From assembly GCA_963766735.1 (NCBI GenBank), contig CAVYBU010000013.1, positions 1 through 12,621 of the forward strand: 12,621 nucleotides of DNA, written 5' to 3'. Both the position numbers and the translations under genes were made by a program. This DNA is from an uncultured Chloroflexia bacterium (GTDB taxonomy: Bacteria; Chloroflexota; Limnocylindria; Limnocylindrales; CSP1-4). The notes under the pieces are model-generated. The model did not search any database, was not told where the DNA came from, and saw only the letters and a list, made by a program, of their open reading frames with translations. Positions within the stretch are counted from its first letter, which is position 1; each line of letters opens with the position of its first letter. Of this stretch, positions 1 through 6,797 are shown in pieces.

Positions 1-311
1 GGGGCCGGAGCCGCGGCCGTCTCGGCCGTCTCGGCCGGTGTCGGGGGCTCCGGCGTCTCCGGGATCGCCTCGCCCTCTTGGCCCACCCAGGCGCAGACCT
101 GGTTCACCGGGACGGTGTCGCCCACCTGGGCGACGATGCGGAGGAGGACACCCTCGTCGAAGGCCTCCACCTCCATCGCGGACTTGTCTGTCTCGATCTC
201 GAACAGCACGTCGCCCCTTGCGACGTGGTCACCCTCGCGCTTGTTCCAGGCGATGACCGTGCACTCCTCGGTCGCCTGCCCCGGCTTCGGCATCAGGATC
301 GCGTGCGGCAT
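1..311 (-). CDS. Dihydrolipoamide acyltransferase (E2) of a 2-oxoacid/acetoin dehydrogenase complex; N-terminal lipoyl domain and linker, 3' end runs off the window
   Basis: Not in the ORF track; translated by hand from ATG at 311: MPHAILMPKPGQATEECTVIAWNKREGDHVARGDVLFEIETDKSAMEVEAFDEGVLLRIVAQVGDTVPVNQVCAWVG, then a Pro/Ala/Glu/Thr linker. Lipoylation motif ETDKS present; SD AGGAGG at about 321-326; directly downstream of E1. Confidence 0.93.
   Translation of the reverse strand, partial: MPHAILMPKPGQATEECTVIAWNKREGDHVARGDVLFEIETDKSAMEVEAFDEGVLLRIVAQVGDTVPVNQVCAWVGQEGEAIPETPEPPTPAETAETAAAPA
14..37. repeat. 9-bp tandem repeat (CGGCCGTCT x about 2.7) in the E2 linker
   Basis: Seen directly; encodes AET-AET-A on the minus strand. 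Confidence 0.7.
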
Positions 312-353
312 GGCTCGTGGCCTCCTGCGTGTCGGTCGTTGCCCGGGTCGGGG

Positions 354-2662
354 CTAGAGGAGGCCCTTCGCGGCCGTGTAGACGTCCCCTGCGTTGGGCA
401 GGAACGCCTTCTCCAGGCACGTGCGGACTGCGGCGCGATGCCGTTGCGCGCGCCGATACGCGCTACCGGGGCGTCGAGGTAGTCGAAGGCCTCGCCCTGG
501 ATCCGCGACACGATCTCGCCGTGAAGCTGCCCGACGAGCACGGCCTGGCTCGCCACCACGCAGCGGCCCGGTCTTGCGCACCGACGCGAGCACGGTCTCG
601 ATGTCGAGCGGGACGAGCGAGCGCAGGTCCACGACCTCGGCCGAGACGCCGTCCTCGGCCGCCAGCGCTCGGCGGCCTGAGCGCGTCGTGCACCGCCGGC
701 CCCACGCCGACGAGCGTCAGGTCGGTGCCCTCGCGCTTCACGTCGGCCACGCCGAGCGGCACGAGGTAGTCGTCCTCGGGCACCGGCCCCTTGCGCCGTA
801 GTAGAGGCCCTGCGACTCGACGAACATCACCGGGTTGTTGTCGCGGATGGCGCGACTTGAGCATGCCCTTCGCGTCGTACGGCGTGGCGGGGTAGACCAC
901 GTAGAGCCCGGGGATGTGCGCGAACACGCTCTCCAGGCGTCTGCGAGTGCTGCCCGCCGTAGCCCTTGCCGCCGCCGACCGAGGCGCGGAAGACCAGCGG
1001 CACCTCGACCTGGCCGCCGCGACATGTAGTGCCACTTGGCGGCCTGGTTGCTGATCTGGTCCGATGCCATCAGCGCGAAGTCCATGTACATCAGCTCGAC
1101 CACCGGCCGCAGCCCGACCATGGCCGCGCCGACCGCGGTGCCGCAGATGGCGGCCTCGGAGATCGGCGTGTTGAACACGCGCTCGCGCCCGAACGCCTCG
1201 AGCAGGCCCTTGGTGACCTTGAAGGCGCCGCCGTAGTCGGCCACGTCCTCGCCGTAGAAGATGACGCGGCGGTCGCGCAGCATCTCCTCGATCATGCGCC
1301 TCCTTGATCGCGTCCTTGTAGGTGAGCTGCGCCGTCGGCGCGCTTGATCTCGGGGAGGGAGCCACGAGCTCCACCGCCGCTGCGCCGCCGGGAGGTCGTC
1401 GGGCTGCCGTGTCCGTGTACATGTACTCGATCACGTCGGCCGGATCGGGGTCCGCCGCCAGCGCCGCGCGGACGGCGGCGCGGGCGTTGCGCTCCTTCAC
1501 CCGGGTCTCGACCGCAGCGACCGCCGGCCTCGTCGGCGACGCCGGCCTCCAGGATCTGCGGCCTTGAGGCGCTCGATCGGGTCGACCGCCCTCCAGGCCG
1601 CCTCTTCCTCGCGCGTCCGGTACTCGTTGCGCGGGTCGCTCAGCGAGTGGCCGTAGTAGCGGTAGGTGTTGACCTCGATCAGGACCGGCCCCTGCCCGTG
1701 CGGCACAGCTCCGCGGCGCGGCGGACCGCGTCGCGCACGGCCAGCACGTCCATGCCGTTGACCACCTCGGCGTGCATGTCGTTGTCCGCGAAGCCGGCGG
1801 CGCGCCGGGCCAGGTGGTCGACGCCCATGACCTCGTCGTCGGAGCGATGCGTCATGCCGTAGTGGTTGTTCTGGATGAAGTAGATGACCGGCAGGCCGAA
1901 CGGGTGATCGCCCGCCAGGTGGTTGGTGAACTGCGCCTGCGCCGCCCAGTTGAGCGACTCGAGGACCACGCCGTTGGCATAGGCGCCGTCGCCCGCGAAG
2001 CAGCAGACGACCCGGTCCGAGCGCTCGTAGCGGTGGGCCATCGCGGCGCCGGTCGCGATCGGCACGCCGCCGCCCACGATGGCGTTGGCGCCCAGGTTGC
2101 CCGTGGAGAAGTCGGCGATGTGCATGCCGCCGCCGCGGCCCGCGCAGTAGCCGTCCTCCTTGCCGAACAGCTCCGCGATCACGCGGTAGACGTGCTCCTC
2201 CAGCGCCGCCTCGAGGAGCTCTTCGCGCGTCCCGCCGGCGCTGCCCGGAACCCGGGCGCGAAGCTGCTCGTCGTCCATGGTCCGGATGGCGGCGAAGCCC
2301 TTGGCGACGGTGTCGCCGTGGCCGCGGTGGGAGCTGGTGACGTTGTCGTCGGTGCGGAGCATGCTGCAGGCGCCGACCGGGGAGGCTTCCTGGCCGATGG
2401 AGACGTGCGTCGGTCCGCGGTAGTCATAACCCGGGAGCGCGTCGTAGCCGCCCGACCGAAGCCGGACGATCATCTCCTCGACCTCGCGGATCGCGAGCAT
2501 GTTGTCGAGCAGCTCCAGCGCCTCCGCGGGCGTGGTCGTGCCGGCCGCGATCTCGCTCGCCAGGCTGCCTGCATAGGTGAAGCCCCTGACGGTCCCCAGG
2601 GCCACCTCGAAAGGCTCCATGTCCGGGCGCACGTCGCTCTTGTAGGCCGTCTCGTTCGTCAC
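354..2662 (-). CDS. Fused ThDP-dependent dehydrogenase E1 alpha/beta (pyruvate/acetoin/2-oxoacid type), about 770 aa; reading frame interrupted by many single-base indels in about 415-1700
   Basis: Alpha motifs: [33 protein letters not shown]...[13 protein letters not shown]. Beta motifs stitched across frames: [81 protein letters not shown], ending KGLL* at 354. Likely start is GTG 2662 with SD GGAGG; ATG 2716 overlapping the DeoR stop is an alternative. Confidence 0.88.
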
Positions 2663-2712
2663 CTGGTTCCTCCGGTCCGCCGTCGGGCGCCCGGGAGGAG
2701 TCCCGCCGCCGC

Positions 2713-3519
2713 TCATGCCTTGATCACCTTGATGCCGAGCCGCGCGAGGGTGCGCGCCGCCCGTTCGTCGATGCCGTCATCCGTCACCAGGATGTCCACC
2801 TGGTCCAGTCGCCCTGCGTTGACCAGGGAGCGCGTGCCGAGCTTGCCGCTGTCGGCCAGCAGGATCACCTCGCGCGCTCGCCCGAGCACCAGCTCCTTGG
2901 TGTAGGCCTCGCCGGGATCCGTGGTCGTCATCCCGCCCTCCAGCGAGAACGCGAACGTGCCCATCAGGGCTCGGTCCACGTGGATGTCCTCGAGGAGTCG
3001 GCGGGTCATGGGTCCGACCATCGCCTGGCTTCGTTCGCGCAGCTCGCCGCCGACCAGGATGAGCCGTGGCCCACGCCCGAGCAGCTCGTTGGCCACGGGC
3101 AGGCTGTTGGTGACGACCGTGAGGCGATCCCAGCCATGGAGGAGCCGGGCGGCCGCGAGGACCGTGCTGCCGGAGTCCAGGTAGACGGTGTCGTCCGGGG
3201 CGAGGAGCCGCACGGCACGGTCGGCGATCCGCGACTTCTGCGCGGCGGCGGCCTCTGCCTTGACGTCGAAGTGCGGCTCGTCCAGCCGGCCGTCCATGGC
3301 GACGGCCCCGCCGTGCACGCGGCGGAGGCGCCCGCCCGCTGCCAGCTCGTTGAGGTCCCGGCGGACCGTGGCCGGGGAGACGCCCAGGGTGGCGCTGAGC
3401 TCCTCGAGACGGACTGCCCGGCGCGTGTCCACGATGGCGCCGAGGCGCTCGCGGCGGGCCGCGGCGAGGTCGTGCGGCGGGGCAGGTGCGGCCGAATCGC
3501 TCACGTTTGTCAACGACAT
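2713..3519 (-). CDS. DeoR/GlpR-family transcriptional repressor
   Basis: HTH LGVSPATVRRDLNELAAGGRLRRVHGGA; sensor-domain motifs YLDSGST, VVTNS, LVGGELR, LADSGKLG. Confidence 0.96.
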   Translation of the reverse strand: MSLTNVSDSAAPAPPHDLAAARRERLGAIVDTRRAVRLEELSATLGVSPATVRRDLNELAAGGRLRRVHGGAVAMDGRLDEPHFDVKAEAAAAQKSRIADRAVRLLAPDDTVYLDSGSTVLAAARLLHGWDRLTVVTNSLPVANELLGRGPRLILVGGELRERSQAMVGPMTRRLLEDIHVDRALMGTFAFSLEGGMTTTDPGEAYTKELVLGRAREVILLADSGKLGTRSLVNAGRLDQVDILVTDDGIDERAARTLARLGIKVIKA

Positions 3520-3525
3520 GAGCAG

Positions 3526-3534
3526 ATACTAGCA
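3526..3534 (-). promoter_or_regulatory. Extended -10 promoter (TGcTAGTAT) for the DeoR-E1-E2 operon, probably leaderless
   Basis: TGn-TAGTAT on the minus strand, separated by 6 nt from the ATG at 3519; no SD upstream. Confidence 0.6.
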
Positions 3535-3622
3535 CAATCGTGCATGATCGATCACATCTGGCGGAGCGGTCTCGCGGGGGCCATGCGGCGAGCGGGTCAC
3601 CTTCTCGCGTGGGCGTGAGCGG

Positions 3623-3628
3623 TAGACT
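3623..3628 (+). promoter_or_regulatory. Possible -10 box (TAGACT) for the GntR gene
   Basis: TAnnnT hexamer 28 nt before the ATG; no convincing -35. Confidence 0.35.
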
Positions 3629-3656
3629 CTGGCCTATCGGACCCACTGGAGCCCCC

Positions 3657-4403
3657 ATGCCCGAAGACCGTGCCATCTCGCGCAGTGTCCTGGCCGATCA
3701 GGTCAAGGACCGCCTGCTGCAGGGCATCCTTTCGGGCCGCTATCCACCCGACTCACGGATCGTGGAAACGCGGGTAGCACGCGAGCTGGGCACCAGCCAG
3801 GCGCCCGTCAGGGAGGCCCTCCGGGGTCTCGAGGCACTGGGCGTCGTCGAGATCCTGCCCTTCCGTGGCGCGCGCGTCCGGAGCCCAAGCCTCCAGGAGC
3901 TGCTGGAAGCCTATGCGGTGCGCTCGGCGCTGGAGTCACTCGGCGCGCGGCTGGGGATCCAGCGCATGACGGATGCGGACCTCGCGGAACTGGAGACGCT
4001 GCACGAGGCGATGCAGCAGGCCGCGAAGATCGGGGACCGACACGAGGTCGCGGTTCACGACGCGGCGTTCCACGCGCGGCTCCTTGCCCTCGCGGGCAAC
4101 CGGACGCTGGAGAGCGTGTGGAGATCGCTCGAGCCCTTCTCGCGGACCTACATCACGCTCGTCGCGCCGGGGGCGGACGCCCGATGGACCGCGGACCTGC
4201 ACCCGCGCATCCTGGCGGCCGTGCGCTCGCGGGATCCGGAAGCCGTGGTCGCGGCGCTGCGGCACCACTTCGACGAGGCCTCCGCCCACCTGGCCGAGGG
4301 CTGGCAGACGGAGCCCCCCGCCGATGGCCGCCGGTCGCGCGCCGCTGCGGGACGGGTCGCTGCGGGACGGGTCACGCTGCCGGGAGCAACCGAGACCCTC
4401 TAG
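3657..4403 (+). CDS. GntR-family regulator with FCD domain (FadR subfamily)
   Basis: wHTH LADQVKDRLLQGILSGRYPPDSRIVETRVARELGTSQAPVREALRGLEALGVV...RGARV; FCD motifs R-x3-E, DAAFH, AGN, HHF. Start placed at ATG 3657 (GGAG at 3648-3651) rather than 3540. Confidence 0.95.
   Translation: MPEDRAISRSVLADQVKDRLLQGILSGRYPPDSRIVETRVARELGTSQAPVREALRGLEALGVVEILPFRGARVRSPSLQELLEAYAVRSALESLGARLGIQRMTDADLAELETLHEAMQQAAKIGDRHEVAVHDAAFHARLLALAGNRTLESVWRSLEPFSRTYITLVAPGADARWTADLHPRILAAVRSRDPEAVVAALRHHFDEASAHLAEGWQTEPPADGRRSRAAAGRVAAGRVTLPGATETL
4343..4373. repeat. 15-bp tandem duplication (CGCTGCGGGACGGGT x2) in the GntR C-terminal tail
   Basis: Exact copies at 4343-4357 and 4358-4372; encodes AAGRV-AAGRV. 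Confidence 0.85.
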
Positions 4404-5344
4404 GCGCGACCCAGGATCGCGAGCACCTGCTCCGCGACCCGCGACGCCGACAGCCCGTAGATGTCCAGCAGCGCGTCGTTCGGGCCCGACTGGACGTAGG
4501 TGTCCTGGAGCCCGATCCGGTTGAGCTGCGTCGGGCGGAGCTCGCCCAGCACCTCGGCCACGGCGCCGCCCAGCCCACCGAGCACCGTGTGCTCCTCGAC
4601 GGTGATCACGCGGCCGGTCCGCTCCGCGGCGGCCACGATCGCCTCCGTGTCGAGGGGCTTGACCGTCGGCACGTGGAGGACGTGGGCGTCCACGCCCCGG
4701 GCCGCCAGCAGCTCGGCAGCCTCCACCACGCGCGGGGTCTGGGTACCCGTCCCGATCAGCGTGACGTCGCGCCCTTCGCGGACCACCACGGCCTTGCCGA
4801 ACGCGAAGCGGTAGCTCGCGTCGAACAGCCGGGCGGTGCCGTCGCGCACGAGGCGCACGTAGCAGGGTCCCTGGTAGGCCGCGGCCCAGCGGAGGACCAG
4901 GTCGGCCTCCACGTCGTCCGCCGGCGCCACCGAGACCATGCCCGGCATCGCCCGCATGATCGCGAGGTCGTCCACGATGATGTGGCTCATCCCCGTCTGG
5001 CCCGTGAACATGCCGGCGTACCCGGGCGTGATCTTCACGTTCGCGCCCGTCTGGGCGATCAGCACCCGGATCTGGTCCAGCGGCCGGACCACCGCGAACG
5101 AGACGAACGTGCTGATGAACGGGATGAGGCCCATGGTGGACAGCCCCGCGGCCACGCCCAGCATGTTCTGCTCGGCGATGCCCATCTGCAGGTAGCGGTC
5201 CGGGTGGGCCTTCTCGAAGATGTCGGCCCGCGTGGACGAGCCCACGTCGCCATCCAGCATCACGATCCGCGGGTCCTCGGTGGCCAGCGCCGCCACGGTC
5301 TCGCCGAAGATCTCCCGCATCGGGCGGCCAATCGGCAGCGTCAT
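4400..5344 (-). CDS. Split transketolase-like enzyme, C-terminal (pyrimidine-binding + C-terminal domain) subunit, 314 aa
   Basis: MREIFG, LDGDVGSST, GIAEQNM, DQIR, YVRLVR, TVKPLD, TVEEH...GGLG. True start is ATG 5344 in an ATGA overlap with the upstream subunit, not 6367. Confidence 0.95.
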   Translation of the reverse strand: MTLPIGRPMREIFGETVAALATEDPRIVMLDGDVGSSTRADIFEKAHPDRYLQMGIAEQNMLGVAAGLSTMGLIPFISTFVSFAVVRPLDQIRVLIAQTGANVKITPGYAGMFTGQTGMSHIIVDDLAIMRAMPGMVSVAPADDVEADLVLRWAAAYQGPCYVRLVRDGTARLFDASYRFAFGKAVVVREGRDVTLIGTGTQTPRVVEAAELLAARGVDAHVLHVPTVKPLDTEAIVAAAERTGRVITVEEHTVLGGLGGAVAEVLGELRPTQLNRIGLQDTYVQSGPNDALLDIYGLSASRVAEQVLAILGRA

Positions 5345-6219
5345 CGTCCGGCCCCTTCCGCGGTAGCGGGCTCGCCCAGCTCGGCCATGGCCAGCTCGTA
5401 CTCCTCGGGCTTGATCGCCCGCGTATGCCAGAAGTAGCGGCCCTCCATGAAGGAGACGCCCTTGCCCTTCACCGTGTGCGCGATGATCGCGGTCGGGCGA
5501 CCATCTCCCTGCTCGGCCTCGCGCAGAACGCCGACGATGGCGGGCATGTCGTGCCCGTCCAGCTCCAGGACCCGCCAACCGAAGGCGGCCCACTTGGCAG
5601 CCAGCTCTCCCGGTACCTGGGGCGCGATGCGCCCGTCGGGTCCGTCGCCCGGCCAGCCGTACTGCTGGAGCTTGTTGTGGTCGACGATGGCCACCAGGTT
5701 GTCCAGCCCGTAGCGCTGGGCGGCCATGGCGGCCTCCCAGACTTCGCCCTCCTGGCATTCGCCGTCGCCCAGCATCACCCAGGCCCGGACGTCCCTGCCC
5801 GTGAGCCGCGCGCCGAGAGCCATGCCCATGGCGGCGGAGATCCCCATGCCCAGCGACCCGGTGGACATGTCGAGGCCGGGCAGCCGGGTCATGTCCGGAT
5901 GGCCCTGGAGCCGTGAGTGGGCGCCGTCGAACGTGAGCAGCTCCTCCACGGGGAAGTAGCCCCGCAGCGCCATCGCCGCATACAGCGCGATGGACGAGTG
6001 GCCCTTGGACAGGATGAAGCGGTCCCGGTCGGGCCAGGCGGGATCGTCCGGCCGGATACGCAGCTCGTGGAAGTAGAGGGCAGCCAGGATGTCGGCGGCG
6101 GAGAGGGGACCGCCGAGGTGGCCCGCGCGGGCGTAGTAGACGCTGCGGATGATCTCGACGCGGATGTTGCGAGCCACCTCCTCGAGACGCGCGATCCCGG
6201 CGGTGTCCAACGTGCTCAC
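5341..6219 (-). CDS. Split transketolase-like enzyme, N-terminal ThDP-binding subunit, 292 aa
   Basis: GHLGG, DRFILSKGH, LQGHP, STGSLG, GDGECQEGEVWEA...N, TVKGKG, WH. GTG start at 6219 in a GTGA overlap with the cupin stop; SD GAGGAAGG. Confidence 0.95.
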   Translation of the reverse strand: MSTLDTAGIARLEEVARNIRVEIIRSVYYARAGHLGGPLSAADILAALYFHELRIRPDDPAWPDRDRFILSKGHSSIALYAAMALRGYFPVEELLTFDGAHSRLQGHPDMTRLPGLDMSTGSLGMGISAAMGMALGARLTGRDVRAWVMLGDGECQEGEVWEAAMAAQRYGLDNLVAIVDHNKLQQYGWPGDGPDGRIAPQVPGELAAKWAAFGWRVLELDGHDMPAIVGVLREAEQGDGRPTAIIAHTVKGKGVSFMEGRYFWHTRAIKPEEYELAMAELGEPATAEGAGR

Positions 6220-6584
6220 TGGGGGTCCTTCCTCTCGTAGGAACCGGAGACCACCGGGGGCGAGAACAGGCACAGGAGCTCCAGCGGCTCCGGGCCGTCC
6301 GCCTCGGTCGCGTGGAAGGTGCCGGGCGGCACGTGCACCACCACGCCGGGCTCAACCTCCGCCACACCGTCCGAGGTCACGATCCGGCCGCGGCCCGCCG
6401 TGCAGTAGATCGTCTCTTCCTCGGCGGGATGGACGTGGCCGGTGGGCTTCGAGCCGGCGGGGTAGACGGAGACGCCCATCGAGACCTGGCGGGCGTCGCT
6501 GTTGTGGGGCCCGAAGTACGAGTGCCATACCCGGCCGGGAAGCGGAAACTGCTCCGCCTCGTTGCGTGCGACCCGCTTGATCAT
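6216..6584 (-). CDS. Monocupin (cupin_2-like) metalloprotein, 122 aa
   Basis: Motif 1 G-x5-HxH-x4-E-x6-G (GSKPTGHVHPAEEETIYCTAG) and motif 2 G-x5-PxG-x2-H (GVVVHVPPGTFH), giving a full 3His-1Glu set; SD GGTGAGGT. Confidence 0.92.
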   Translation of the reverse strand: MIKRVARNEAEQFPLPGRVWHSYFGPHNSDARQVSMGVSVYPAGSKPTGHVHPAEEETIYCTAGRGRIVTSDGVAEVEPGVVVHVPPGTFHATEADGPEPLELLCLFSPPVVSGSYERKDPQ

Positions 6585-6629
6585 CGAGGTACCTCACCGT
6601 CGGACGGCAGGCGCCGTCTCGGACACATA

Positions 6630-6641
6630 ATCGATTATCGA
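6630..6641. promoter_or_regulatory. Operator copy 1, ATCGATTATCGA
   Basis: Exact 12-mer recurring at 11738 and 12002; dyad TCGAT-t-ATCGA; overlaps the palindrome ATAATCGATTAT (6627-6638). Confidence 0.85.
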
Positions 6642-6669
6642 CGATACGCGCCCCGGCGCCGGCGGTCAA
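6641..6669 (-). promoter_or_regulatory. sigma70/sigmaA-type promoter of the cupin-transketolase operon
   Basis: TTGACC (6669-6664) - 17 nt - TATCGT (6646-6641). Confidence 0.75.
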
Positions 6670-6726
6670 GGCCGCGACGGGGCGTAGTGAGCCCGCCGCC
6701 CGGCGGGGGAGGCGCAGGCGGGCACG

Positions 6727-6765
6727 AAAAGGGGGTCCTCCGCCGCATGGCGGGAGGACCCCCTT
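6727..6765 (-). terminator. Intrinsic terminator after the substrate-binding protein gene
   Basis: AAGGGGGTCCTCCGCC (6729-6744) pairs with GGCGGGAGGACCCCCTT (6749-6765) with one bulge and a 4-nt loop; TTTT follows the GC stem on the minus strand; about 30 nt after tandem TAG TAG stops. Confidence 0.88.
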
Positions 6766-6797
6766 CGACTGGCGTCAGACGAGCTGGCGCCGGGCTA

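Noticed and set aside
1293-1306. AAGGAGG-cgc-ATG as a separate E1 beta start
   Set aside because: Spacing is only 3 nt, it would cut off the conserved TYKDAIKEA helix, and no alpha stop precedes it after frame repair.
415-1700. Programmed frameshifting or RNA editing in E1
   Set aside because: Too many shifts in both directions and no slippery sites; an assembly artefact is simpler.
5345-6367. 655-aa ORF 4400-6367 as a fusion protein
   Set aside because: The N-terminal half is an off-frame Arg/Gly/Pro-rich overlap of the real upstream subunit; homology starts at ATG 5344.
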